Assembly (NCBI GenBank): GCA_017992175.1
Contig: JAGOPD010000005.1
Location: 6,580-70,579 of the forward strand
From: Candidatus Saccharicenans sp.
Lineage (GTDB): Bacteria > Acidobacteriota > Aminicenantia > Aminicenantales > Saccharicenantaceae
DNA length: 64,000 bases
Direction: 5' to 3'
The first letter of the stretch is position 1; each line of letters starts with the position of its first letter. Of the stretch, positions 49,401 to 58,135 are shown piece by piece. The translations under genes were made by a program, and so were the position numbers. The notes beneath the pieces are model-generated. The model was not told the DNA's origin. It saw only the letters and a list, made by a program, of their open reading frames with translations, and made no database searches.

Positions 49401-49926
49401 CGAGGCCGTTGGTTATGAGTACTTCCTGCAACTCCTTGATAAAGCCATCAGAGAACAAAAAGGCGAAAAAACTGAAGAAATCAAATGTCAGATTAACCTC
49501 AAGATTGATTTCAGAATTCCGGAGGATTATTTGCCCCAGGTCAATTTAAGATTAACCCTCTATAAAAGGCTATCCTCTCTTGAACAGCCAGATGAAGCCC
49601 TGAAAATCAGGGAAGAGGTCGAAGACCGCTTCGGCCCTCTGCCCCCTAGTGTTGAGAATCTTTTTTATTATGCCCGGATCAGATTCTATGCCCAGAAAAT
49701 CAGAGCCACTGCTCTCGACCGGAGCGGGCTGAGGCTGCTCATAAAATTTCCTCCGGAAACAAACTTCCTGTGGAATAAGGTCCAGGGCTTATTACGCCGG
49801 TATGCCGGCAGCGTCTCCCCTTTAGGGCTGATCTCATTCAATATCAAGGCTGAAGACGAACAGAGTTTTCTGGGCGAGGCGCTGTTTATCTTGCAGGAGT
49901 TGAGCAGCTATATTATAATTAATTGA
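46492..49926 (+). CDS. mfd: Transcription-repair coupling factor
   Basis: UvrB-homology N-region, CarD-like RNAP-interacting domain (GDYVVHTEYGVG), SF2 translocase (GDVGYGKTEV, DEEQRFG) and a TRCF C-domain. Confidence 0.95.
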   Translation: MSLEFILDLPEFKALVEKLKRGEDCLNLSGLIPEARAYFYALLAGQIDRPLVIIEPQAWSLEEIEQEIKNLLGFFSIRREVQSLPALSSDPYLEVPVPLETVASRLKVLYNLSQGQQPIILTNLAGLLKRVPRPEDLSRSVVKLNRGQAFGRDLLLQQLAEYGYTQEDLVSSAGEYAFRGGIVDIYSVWSKNPFRLEFIENQVASIREFDPSTQRSVSRLEWILIPSLKEYPGGQEFREEFKRQARKRETGLADLEKKIKLWEEGEVLPPFDYYALAAGGHFQPFSSYLSNPLFILEEKDLVDREWEEQFESWEKNYDSLSQQKSFAIPPEEIFSLDFLEAIKNKSVYLQEFSEETERPTIQLGFQPVPRFDNRIPFFLQYLKKRQEERDLCYILLSNPGKKDRLAHLLQENDLTVKTVSDVKEEPRGEEINLVEGQLQKGFSYPRQKIYIFAEKDVFTEERVLVSRPARKLFFSQFQDLKQGDYVVHTEYGVGLFDGLKKIDLDGQPRDFIELIYRDDDRLLVPVEDLNFVQKFASSAGVSPQLDKLGGQTWIKTRARVKKAAEEIAQELIELYARRKTAQGFAFSPEGQWEREFDQIFAYEETDDQARAIQEVRRDMESAQPMDRLLCGDVGYGKTEVAMRAAFKAAMDGKQVAVLCPTTVLANQHLTTFRQRMMLFPVRIEGLTRLQTKKEQQKILADLKKGFVDIVIGTHRLLSSDVEFKDLGLLIIDEEQRFGVSHKEKIKKLKTNVDVLTLTATPIPRTLNLALSGLRDISLIETAPRDRLAVHTVVAPFNSRLVASAVKQELERSGQVYYIHNRIEDIDRIARLVEKLVPEARVITIHGQMPGSELEKRMSAFIDQKYNVLISTTIIENGIDIPLVNTLIVDRADLYGLAQLYQLRGRVGRSSRQAYAYFLVPPLSELTAEARERLKALKEFSELGSGFRLAARDLEIRGAGNILGHRQHGFIEAVGYEYFLQLLDKAIREQKGEKTEEIKCQINLKIDFRIPEDYLPQVNLRLTLYKRLSSLEQPDEALKIREEVEDRFGPLPPSVENLFYYARIRFYAQKIRATALDRSGLRLLIKFPPETNFLWNKVQGLLRRYAGSVSPLGLISFNIKAEDEQSFLGEALFILQELSSYIIIN

Positions 49927-49933
49927 GTCTTTT

Positions 49934-50893
49934 ATGAAGAAAACTCGCCTGTTGATTATCATCCTCATCGTCCTGGTAGGGGGTGCTGGTTTCTTTGGCT
50001 ATCACTTTCTTGAGCAAAAGCAGAAAATAAAAACGGAAGAAAGAAAAACTCAGCTGGCGGTCCTGAAAATAGAGGATATAACTTACACCCTGTCTGATTT
50101 TGAAAATTATGTCAGGCAGGTCATTCCTCAGGAACAGGACATAGATAGCGAGGCCCTGAGCGGGCTGTTTGAGCAATTTGTGGAAGATAAGTTAATTCTC
50201 TTCTCAGCTAAAATGAGAAAGATGGAATTGGCCGAATCAGAAAAACAGGCATTTTTACAGCGGCTAGTCCGGGATTATCCTCCCCAGCCCGGGCTAAAAG
50301 AGCAACTGGCCGGCGATGAAGGACTGGGAGATAGCCTGCTGGTTGAAAAATATAAATATGAAAAAATAAAAGAAGTAACCGTAACTGATGAAGAAATCAA
50401 AGCCTACTACGAGAAGCATAAAAAAGATTTTTTAGTCCCCGAACGGATCATGGTCAGCCAGATTCTGGTCAAGTCAAGTGATCTGGCGGTTGAACTCCAG
50501 CAAAAACTGGGGCAGGCTGATGAACAGACCTTCCGGCAGGCGGCTCGTGATTATTCAGAAGCGCCTGACGCTTATAAAGGCGGTTTAATGGGTGTTTTTA
50601 AACCAGGCGACTTGCCTTATGATATGGAAAAGGTGATTTTTGCCCTGGAAGAGGGCAAAATATCCCGGGTTTTCCAATCAGCTTATGGCTATCATATCTT
50701 CCGGCTGGACAGGAAATATGAGCCGGCCCTGCTTGAAGAGGATGAAGTTTCGCGGCAGATAAGAAACATTTTAATTGAAAGTAAAGTTAAAGATATTATC
50801 AATAAAGAAATTGAAGAACTTAAGGCGACCTATCACTGGCAGGTTTTCTCGGAAAATTTGCCTTTTAATTATGAAGGGAATGAAAATGCGTAG
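49934..50893 (+). CDS. Membrane-anchored parvulin-type peptidyl-prolyl isomerase (PpiD/PrsA-like)
   Basis: N-terminal TM and a parvulin domain (VSQILV...GGLMGVF...YGYHIFRL). Confidence 0.8.
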   Translation: MKKTRLLIIILIVLVGGAGFFGYHFLEQKQKIKTEERKTQLAVLKIEDITYTLSDFENYVRQVIPQEQDIDSEALSGLFEQFVEDKLILFSAKMRKMELAESEKQAFLQRLVRDYPPQPGLKEQLAGDEGLGDSLLVEKYKYEKIKEVTVTDEEIKAYYEKHKKDFLVPERIMVSQILVKSSDLAVELQQKLGQADEQTFRQAARDYSEAPDAYKGGLMGVFKPGDLPYDMEKVIFALEEGKISRVFQSAYGYHIFRLDRKYEPALLEEDEVSRQIRNILIESKVKDIINKEIEELKATYHWQVFSENLPFNYEGNENA

Positions 50894-51854
50894 GAAACAA
50901 GTGCTTCTCACGGCTTTAATCCTCCTGGCCTTCTTCAGCCTGGTTTCAGCCGATGTGGTGGAGGAAATTGTGGCTATCGTCAACGGGGAGGTGATCACCC
51001 TGTCTGATTACCGGGAGCAGTTTAATTCGACGGTTCAAATACTTCGCCAGCAGTTAAGCGGTGAAAGCTATTTCCGGGAATATGAGCGGTTAAGGACTAA
51101 TCTGCTTGACATGATGATCACCGACCTTCTCCTTCTGCAGAAAGCTAAGGAACAGGGCCTGAACGTCAAAGAACAGGTTAAAGGCACTATTGCCCAGATC
51201 AAAACCCAGAATAATATTGAGTCCGATGCTGACCTCATCCGGGCCATGGATGCTCAAGGCGTTAATTATGATCAATGGGTTAAACAGCTCGAAGAAAATT
51301 ACCTAAGACAGGCGGTAATTTATACTGAAGTCGACCGGACGATTGTTCTCGACGATGCTGAAATTGTCAAGTACTATAAACAGCATCAATCAGAATTTGT
51401 TATCCCGCCTGAATACCGGATTAAAGCTATTTATCTTTCCAGTACTAATAATACGGTCTCCGCTCTGGAAACGAAAAGAGCAGAGATAAGCGATAAGCTA
51501 AAAAAAGGACAATCTTTTGAGGATCTGGTTCAGGAGTATTCTGAAGGTCCTAAGGAAAATGGCGGGGATCTTGGCTTTTTCAAAAAAGGCGAACTGGATC
51601 AGGCTATTGAGCAGGCTGTAGAAAAACTAAAAATAGAAGAGATTAGTGACTGGATTCAAGCCAAGAATGGCTGGTATTTAATTAAACTGGAAGAAAAAAA
51701 GGAAAGCCATCAGCAAACCTTTGATGAAGCCAGACAGGATATTGAAAATAAGCTGTTTAGTGACATCCGAGCCAAAAAAATAGATGAATATGTTAAAAAA
51801 CTAAGAGAAGAAAGTTTTATTAAGATTCTTAATCCCAATCCCCTTAATCTTTAA
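50886..51854 (+). CDS. surA: SurA-like periplasmic chaperone / parvulin PPIase
   Basis: Signal peptide MRRKQVLLTALILLAFFSLVSA, a SurA N-like domain and a parvulin domain (GGDLGFF...GWYLIKL). Start moved from 50775 to remove a 118-nt overlap. Confidence 0.75.
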   Translation: MRRKQVLLTALILLAFFSLVSADVVEEIVAIVNGEVITLSDYREQFNSTVQILRQQLSGESYFREYERLRTNLLDMMITDLLLLQKAKEQGLNVKEQVKGTIAQIKTQNNIESDADLIRAMDAQGVNYDQWVKQLEENYLRQAVIYTEVDRTIVLDDAEIVKYYKQHQSEFVIPPEYRIKAIYLSSTNNTVSALETKRAEISDKLKKGQSFEDLVQEYSEGPKENGGDLGFFKKGELDQAIEQAVEKLKIEEISDWIQAKNGWYLIKLEEKKESHQQTFDEARQDIENKLFSDIRAKKIDEYVKKLREESFIKILNPNPLNL

Positions 51855-51895
51855 GACCGGTCTTTATTAAATCATAAGCAATCGGCCGGTTTATT

Positions 51896-52453
51896 CTATC
51901 CGGTGACCAGGACGGCAGCCGCCACCGTGGTTGTCCACAGGCCTTTGACGCCGGTAGCCATTTGAGAAATACTCCTGGTTTGAACCGTTAGCTTTTCGCT
52001 CAGATGATAATAGTTTGACTTTCCCCTTTTGAAATTTTGAGGGGAATAATTCTGACCGAGTTTAGTAGCCAGCATTTCAGCGGCCAGCTCTTCTGCCCGG
52101 AGCCGGGCTTCTCTTTCAGTCTCGCCCAGGCCTTCATATTCAGCTAGATAGCCATATTGCTCCGGGTCCCGGGGAATAGCCAGACCGATGGCTGAGGAAA
52201 TCAAGCGCTGAGCTTCATCAGTCGAGTTTTCGCTCATAACCAGGAAGACAATTTGCCCCGGGTGCAGCTTTTTCAAGCCAGACTGCCGGCTGATTACCTG
52301 ACAGTGAGGGGGAAAAATGCTTGAAACCCGGACGAGATTAAAAGGCGAAATGCAGGCTTCCCTTAAGGCCAGTTCGAAACTGACCAGTTTTTCCCGGTGC
52401 TGACCCTGTCCTCTGGTTAAAAAAACTTGCTGGGGCAAGATAACTTCCATCAA
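51896..52453 (-). CDS. pdaD: Pyruvoyl-dependent arginine decarboxylase
   Basis: PvlArgDC family with self-cleavage site context NLVRVSSIFPP. About 185 aa. Confidence 0.8.
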   Translation of the reverse strand: MMEVILPQQVFLTRGQGQHREKLVSFELALREACISPFNLVRVSSIFPPHCQVISRQSGLKKLHPGQIVFLVMSENSTDEAQRLISSAIGLAIPRDPEQYGYLAEYEGLGETEREARLRAEELAAEMLATKLGQNYSPQNFKRGKSNYYHLSEKLTVQTRSISQMATGVKGLWTTTVAAAVLVTG

Positions 52454-52494
52454 CTTCTTCCTTTCTTTCGGGCGGTTTCACAAGATAGTAAAAA

Positions 52495-53049
52495 TTATTT
52501 TTTTGTTTCTTCCGGTGGCACGGTTACCGGCGTCACTGTCTGGTCTTCCTTAAAATCTATTGTCTTCGAGACTTCATATTCTCCGAGAAGAGCATAATCA
52601 GAACCTTTTGACCGGGCAAAAAGTTTAACGGTAACGGTTTTCCAGTAAGGATTGTCTTTAAATGATTCGACAGTCTTGCCTTCTACCCCGTAGTTGCTTT
52701 TCAGGCTGATGACTTGGCTCGTTTCTCCTGGCAAAATAGGGGTTTTTCTGATGGCTGCCAGGAAACCGCTGCCCAGATCTTTACTCTCACCCTGAAATCT
52801 AAAAATAGCATTGAAGTTTATATAGTTCAGGGGTTGGTCGCTGATATTCTTGACCCGGAAAGAAATTACCGGCACCAGGACCAGCTTGGGTGGCCAGGCT
52901 CGGTATTCCTTGCTGACCCATTTGGTTTGAACTTCAACCACTTCAATTGATTTTTTCAGTTCCTCAGTAGACATTGATTTACAGGCCGGTAAAAAAAGAA
53001 GAGAAGCTAAAACACCCAGCATAACGACTGGTATCACTATCTTTTTCAT
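52495..53049 (-). CDS. Hypothetical lipoprotein
   Basis: Internal start MKKIVIPVVMLGVLASLLFLPAC (lipobox) is preceded by a GGAGGA RBS. The longer listed ORF (to 53211) would overlap the upstream gene. Confidence 0.6.
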   Translation of the reverse strand: MKKIVIPVVMLGVLASLLFLPACKSMSTEELKKSIEVVEVQTKWVSKEYRAWPPKLVLVPVISFRVKNISDQPLNYINFNAIFRFQGESKDLGSGFLAAIRKTPILPGETSQVISLKSNYGVEGKTVESFKDNPYWKTVTVKLFARSKGSDYALLGEYEVSKTIDFKEDQTVTPVTVPPEETKK

Positions 53050-53167
53050 TTTTTTATCCTCCAGGACAGTGTTACTTATAGTATAGCAAAAAAAGCTGCT
53101 GTGGAAAGAACCTTTATTTGCCTCAGGTCGAACAGGATTACAGCTGAAGGCCAGGGTCTTTATCTGC

Positions 53168-54163
53168 TCAGTCGGAAGCCTTTTTCTGGCCGGTATTTTT
53201 CTGTCTATCAATGATTTCAGAAACTCTGGTCAGTTGCACCCCATAATTTCTGGCTTCAGGCAGATAAGTCTCCAGAATCTGGAGAGTCTCCTGAAAAGGA
53301 TGACCGATGCCTATGGCCTGGCCGTTCTTTTTAGCCGAGAGGAAAAGTTCAAACAACCTGTCCTTTATCTTGCTCCGGTCTTCATCGGCATCAAGAAAAA
53401 CCTGGCGGGAACCGGCCGGAATCTTCATGTTCACAGCCAGATCGTAAGCAATTGACTTGGCGCTGGTTTTGCTGTCAATAAAAAACAGATTCTTCTCTTT
53501 TAAAAATTCCATGATCGTTTCCATCAAATATTGATTGGTTGTGCCTTTAGAACCCATGTGGTTATTGAAGCCTTTGGCCATTGGCAGCCGTTCAAGATCC
53601 TTTTCCAGCCTTGTCCAGATTTCCTCCCGGCTCATGGTGGTGGTAATTAACCCGTCAGCTCCAGTCCCAATTGTCTGACCATTAAAGGCTTCGAGCGGCA
53701 GGTGAATCAGGACATCAAACTGCTGGTCAGAAGCCAGCTGAGCAGTTTCTAACGCCTGTCTCGCTTCAGGCAGAATGGCTACAGTCAGGGGAACCTGAAG
53801 ATTGATTAAAGCCCTCATGAAACTAAGGTCCTGGCCCAGATCATCAATAATAATCGCTACCAGGGGAAGATCCGTCTGACTGGAAATATCGGCGGCCGGC
53901 TTGGAAACAGGTTTTTCCTGTCTAGCCGGTTTTTGCCGGCTGGCGGTCTTCACTTTTTTTTCTACTTTTTCCCCGGCCTGAGTTGAAACAGAAGGGCGGG
54001 TGAGCCTGGTCCAGGGCAGATAAGAAGTTTCCTTCTGCCGGAAGTTTAGATAATCAAGTGAAATTCCGGAGATCAGAGCCAGCATCACTAAAACCAGGCT
54101 TAGCCGCAAAAAGAAATTCTGGAAGGTAAGATTGCGGGGGGTGCGCTTAGTTTTGACCGGCAT
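53168..54163 (-). CDS. Divergent polysaccharide deacetylase family protein (YibQ-like)
   Basis: TM anchor then VAIIIDDLG...AILP...HLPLE...NNHMGS motifs typical of the YibQ family. TAATG junction with the upstream S41-like gene. Confidence 0.8.
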   Translation of the reverse strand: MPVKTKRTPRNLTFQNFFLRLSLVLVMLALISGISLDYLNFRQKETSYLPWTRLTRPSVSTQAGEKVEKKVKTASRQKPARQEKPVSKPAADISSQTDLPLVAIIIDDLGQDLSFMRALINLQVPLTVAILPEARQALETAQLASDQQFDVLIHLPLEAFNGQTIGTGADGLITTTMSREEIWTRLEKDLERLPMAKGFNNHMGSKGTTNQYLMETIMEFLKEKNLFFIDSKTSAKSIAYDLAVNMKIPAGSRQVFLDADEDRSKIKDRLFELFLSAKKNGQAIGIGHPFQETLQILETYLPEARNYGVQLTRVSEIIDRQKNTGQKKASD

Positions 54164-55320
54164 TAGTGGAGGTTGGTTAGCCTTTCCCTTGTCTTATCAA
54201 AGTAATCCTGGTCAACTTTGTCCGAGTAACTGAGTTTGATATCCACTGGCAGGCTATTATCCAGAAGTTTCAGGCCTGATTTCAGGCTGAAAGCCGAAGT
54301 CACCAGAACAATCAGGCTGCCATCATCGAGCTGGAAGTTTTCTCGTTGAGCAACCAGACCGGGGGTATCGGTGCCAATGATAGTAGCCTGTCTGAGTTCA
54401 TGTAAGCAGCCGGCGATGAGTTCAGCCGGGCCCATGGTGGCAGGATTGACCCAGATAATCAGGTCAAGTTTGGGGAAGAGCGGCTCTTCATTCAGGATTA
54501 AGTTTTCCTTCTGACCTTTTTTTTCAAAATAACCAGCCTGATCCGATTTAACGAACAGGTTGACCAGACGTTTAGCTTCCTCCTCATCGCCACCCGAACA
54601 ATTGCGTAAGTCAAGAATTAAGGTTTTGTATTTTGGCTTGTTTTTATTTGGCGGACTGGCCAGGCTTTTCTTCAGGTCATTGACCAGCCCGGAGTAAATC
54701 AGGGTGGGGCGAAGGCGCAGGCTGCCCGGCAAGTCGGTAAAGACCTCGAGGACTCTGGGAACTGCATAGTCTCGCTTGAGCTCGAAGGATAAAGTATCTG
54801 TTCCTCTTACTACTCTTAGTTTTAACGGCTGTTCATCGGGCCGGTCACTCGACAGCCAGAGATTCACTTCAATCAAGCTCATCAATAAAGTATTGCTGTC
54901 GTTGATTGAACTCAGGTTGTCTCCAATTTTTAGCCCAGCTCTAGCCGCCGGCGAGTTTTCAGCCACGGCTACGACCAGCGGAAAAAGTCCGTACTTTTTA
55001 TAAACAGTCAACCCGGTCTGATAAGTACCCATCTTTTTATTCAGATACCTGGCGGCCAGGTCTTTATCAAGATAGGCGCTCAAAGGATCAAGAGAATTGA
55101 CAATTCCCCGGAAAGCGCCACTGGTTGTCCTTTGCGGGTTTGGCTCTTCTAAATAATCGGTCTTGATTAACTGCATGACCGTTCCGACCAGTTCAGTGCT
55201 GCTTCTGGAATACTGAGGCGAACGGCTTTTGCCGGGTAGAATTCTCTCCTCCAGAAGAAGAAAGACAGTCAAAGCGACTAAAAATATGACCAGATAAAGG
55301 TTGATTCTTTTATTTTTCAT
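54163..55320 (-). CDS. S41 (C-terminal processing peptidase)-like protein with PDZ domain; catalytic Ser and Lys apparently replaced
   Basis: N-terminal anchor, PDZ (SPAARAGLKIGDNL) and an S41 core (LILDLRNCSGGD). However VNPATMGPAE replaces VNxGSASASE, and TPGLV replaces TFGKG. Confidence 0.8.
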   Translation of the reverse strand: MKNKRINLYLVIFLVALTVFLLLEERILPGKSRSPQYSRSSTELVGTVMQLIKTDYLEEPNPQRTTSGAFRGIVNSLDPLSAYLDKDLAARYLNKKMGTYQTGLTVYKKYGLFPLVVAVAENSPAARAGLKIGDNLSSINDSNTLLMSLIEVNLWLSSDRPDEQPLKLRVVRGTDTLSFELKRDYAVPRVLEVFTDLPGSLRLRPTLIYSGLVNDLKKSLASPPNKNKPKYKTLILDLRNCSGGDEEEAKRLVNLFVKSDQAGYFEKKGQKENLILNEEPLFPKLDLIIWVNPATMGPAELIAGCLHELRQATIIGTDTPGLVAQRENFQLDDGSLIVLVTSAFSLKSGLKLLDNSLPVDIKLSYSDKVDQDYFDKTRERLTNLH

Positions 55321-55342
55321 TTTTCTCTCTGCCTGAATTCTA

Positions 55343-56575
55343 TCACCTTCGCCTTAACCATGGCAAGGGATCAAGAGCTCTGGTCTTATACCGGAGTTCA
55401 AAATAAAGACATTCTCCCTTCAGAGAATCCGAGTCCCCAACCATGGCTATGGCCTGACCGGGCTGGACCAAGTCACCTGGCTTAACCAGAAAATTAGAGC
55501 AGTGGCCGTAAAGGGTATAATAAGACAGCCCATGATCGATGATCAGGAGATTTCCGTAACCCTGGAAATAATCAGCATAGACCACTCGCCCGCCATGAAC
55601 CGCTTTGATGCTTTTGTCCTGGCTGGCAGGTAATATCTCCAGACCATTATTGATGACCGTTGTCTTGAACTTCGGATTCTTTTCAGGGCCAAACCTGGTT
55701 ATAACCCGGCCAGAAACTGGCCAGGGCAATTTACCCTTCTTTTCATTCAGGGGAATGAAAGGAGAAGGCAGGGCGATCTCTTGATTCTGCAAGCGCTTGA
55801 GCAGCCGCTGAAGTTCAGCCGAACTACTCTTTAATTCGGCCATCAGCTGTTCATGAGATCGTTTGTTTTTCTTTATATCGGCCAGGAGCTGACGGCTGTT
55901 AGCCTCTTCCTTAATAAGATTTTGTTGCTTAATGGCTGCTTCTTTCAGTAAGCCATCAATTTCTGCCCTCTTGGCCATGACCTCGTCTTGCAGCTTTTCC
56001 AGTTCTTTAAGGCTATTCAGATAGGAGCTAATAGCCTCGCCCTGGTACTGGGCCAGGAAAGTCAGGTTCTTGCTTTCCCGGAGAAAAACTTCGAGATTGT
56101 TGGCTTTCAGAAAAAAATTCAAAAAGTCCAGCCGTCCGAATTTGTAAAGGGTAACCAGAGTTTTTTCAACTGCTTCTTTTTCTTTTTGCAGCCTGGCCCC
56201 GGTCGATTTTATTTTGACTGTCAGTTCTGCTAACTCTCTGGCCGCCATCTTTTGTCTGAGATTGAGTGAATTAATCTCATTTTGAAGAACATTACGCTTT
56301 AATCTAATGGTTTCCAGGGCCGAGAGGAGTGAAGTCTCTTTTTTCCCTTCTTCTTCCAGCCGGGTCTTCAGTTGGGATATTTGTTGATCGATAAGCTTCA
56401 GCCTCTTTTCGATATCGGCGGCGGCTGAACCTGACTGTTGAGGATAAAGAGGCAGGTGTATTAAAATAAGAAAGGCCAGCTGGCAAATGATGGTCAGGAG
56501 GCAGGCTCTTCTCAGGTCGGGCTTCAAAGACAGGGGCTGGCGGGCTGGTCTCTTAGACGAAGTTAATAGCTGCAT
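55343..56575 (-). CDS. envC: EnvC-like coiled-coil protein with degenerate LytM (M23) domain
   Basis: Signal/anchor, about 250 aa of coiled coil, and a C-terminal M23 fold (GNLLIIDHG..YYTLYGH). Start set to ATG 56575, because the listed 519-aa ORF runs antisense into the neighbouring gene. Confidence 0.75.
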   Translation of the reverse strand: MQLLTSSKRPARQPLSLKPDLRRACLLTIICQLAFLILIHLPLYPQQSGSAAADIEKRLKLIDQQISQLKTRLEEEGKKETSLLSALETIRLKRNVLQNEINSLNLRQKMAARELAELTVKIKSTGARLQKEKEAVEKTLVTLYKFGRLDFLNFFLKANNLEVFLRESKNLTFLAQYQGEAISSYLNSLKELEKLQDEVMAKRAEIDGLLKEAAIKQQNLIKEEANSRQLLADIKKNKRSHEQLMAELKSSSAELQRLLKRLQNQEIALPSPFIPLNEKKGKLPWPVSGRVITRFGPEKNPKFKTTVINNGLEILPASQDKSIKAVHGGRVVYADYFQGYGNLLIIDHGLSYYTLYGHCSNFLVKPGDLVQPGQAIAMVGDSDSLKGECLYFELRYKTRALDPLPWLRRR

Positions 56576-56654
56576 AGCCTGTTCCTTCTTATATTTACCA
56601 TAGAGATGAATAAAGTGAAAGACCAAAAGGAGAAGAAGGATTAAACTACCAGTT

Positions 56655-58028
56655 ATGGACTTAAAAGCAATCGCTAAGGGAGCCGCTAAATCTGCTCTTG
56701 ACTCGGTCAGGCCCGAGCGTCTGATTGAAGAACAAATCATCCGGGATGGGGCGAGACTTGTAGTCAATGGCCAGATTTTGAACCTTGAACCGGTGGAAAC
56801 AATCAGATTAATCAGTTTCGGCAAAGCCGGGTTTCCCTTAGCCAGCAGGTTTATTCCATTAATAGAAGACAAATTGAGCACCGGGGTGGTGACCGGGGTC
56901 AAAACCTATGAGGAGAAAGAAGGAATTTCTTATTTTCCGGCTGCCCACCCTTTACCCGATGAGTGGAGCTTGCGGGCCGGGCAGAAAGCGCTGGAACTGG
57001 CCCTGGTTACCAGTCAAAGAGACCTTCTTCTGCTACTGATCTCTGGCGGCGGGTCTGCTCATCTTTGCCTGCCAGCCGAGGGCCTGAGTCTGGAAGATAA
57101 AAGGCAGACCACCCGGTTTCTGCTGACCGCCGGGGCCGATATTCATCAACTTAACACGGTCAGGAAGCATCTCTCCAGAATTAAGGGAGGAAAGCTCCTC
57201 CGGGCTGCCTGGCCGGGGAAAGTCATCAACATAATAATCTCCGATGTCATAGATAATAATCTGTCTGACATTGCTTCGGGCCCGGCCTGGTATGATTCTT
57301 CTACCTTTAAAGATGCTCTGAGGGTTCTGGACGAAACTGGGGTCAGGCCTGACGTCCCGGTTTCAGTCCAGAAAGTCCTCGATGAGGGAGCAGCCGGATT
57401 GAGAGAGGAAACGCTGAAAAAGAGTGATGAAGAATTAAAAAACAGTCAGGCTTTTATCATTGGCGACAATCTTAAAGCCCTGTATGCAGCCAAAGCTCAA
57501 ATTAGAGGATCAGGCCTCGAAACTGTTATCCTGACTTCCTCTGATAGCGGTGAAGCCAGACAGACAGCCAGGTCTTATGTCCAAAAACTCAGAGGCTGGG
57601 CTCGAAAAGCAAGAGAAAAAGGACGTGCTTTCTGTTTACTGGCAGGCGGTGAACTGACCGTAACGGTCAGGGGCCGAGGCCAGGGAGGAAGGAATACCGA
57701 GTTTGCCCTGGCCTGCCTCATAGAAATGGAGAAAATTCGGGGCGAGCTCACTGGCTGTGACTGGTTGATTCTCAGTCTGGCGACTGACGGGCGGGACGGG
57801 ACAACCGATTCCGCCGGGGCCTGGATATCGGGGGAGAGCTGGCTGCAGGCGGAAGAGGCTGGCCTTAATCCCCAGAATTTTCTTGATAACAATGACTCTT
57901 ATGGCTTTTTTGAAAAGACTGGCGGTCTGATTTTTACCGGCTTGACCGGAACCAATGTCATGGATCTGAGGTTTTTCTTTCTGGCGCCGGCTGGGGCTTC
58001 CGGGCCGGTCACGGGTTCAACCGGGTAA
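56655..58028 (+). CDS. Glycerate 2-kinase / hydroxypyruvate-reductase-like protein (DUF4147 + MOFRL)
   Basis: Motifs LISGGGSA, IKGGKL, GGELTV and TGTNVMDL typical of the MOFRL family. Confidence 0.85.
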   Translation: MDLKAIAKGAAKSALDSVRPERLIEEQIIRDGARLVVNGQILNLEPVETIRLISFGKAGFPLASRFIPLIEDKLSTGVVTGVKTYEEKEGISYFPAAHPLPDEWSLRAGQKALELALVTSQRDLLLLLISGGGSAHLCLPAEGLSLEDKRQTTRFLLTAGADIHQLNTVRKHLSRIKGGKLLRAAWPGKVINIIISDVIDNNLSDIASGPAWYDSSTFKDALRVLDETGVRPDVPVSVQKVLDEGAAGLREETLKKSDEELKNSQAFIIGDNLKALYAAKAQIRGSGLETVILTSSDSGEARQTARSYVQKLRGWARKAREKGRAFCLLAGGELTVTVRGRGQGGRNTEFALACLIEMEKIRGELTGCDWLILSLATDGRDGTTDSAGAWISGESWLQAEEAGLNPQNFLDNNDSYGFFEKTGGLIFTGLTGTNVMDLRFFFLAPAGASGPVTGSTG

Positions 58029-58135
58029 GCCGGCTGGAATGGGCCGGTTGGCGGCTAAAGGCCGGTCTTTGAGCTCCAAAAAACAGCTGGTGGTATCTGG
58101 AAATTCACTTAACCCTGATGCTATAATTAAAAAAA

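Noticed and set aside
51853-51864. Perfect 12-nt palindrome AAGACCGGTCTT overlapping the surA-like stop codon, between convergent genes
   Set aside because: The stem would be only about 4 bp once a loop is allowed, which is too weak to call a bidirectional terminator.
56576-56902. N-terminal 109 codons of the listed 519-aa minus-strand ORF
   Set aside because: This part runs antisense through the start of the glycerate-kinase gene and has no signal or coiled-coil character. The internal ATG at 56575, which has an AAGGAA RBS, gives a normal EnvC-like protein.
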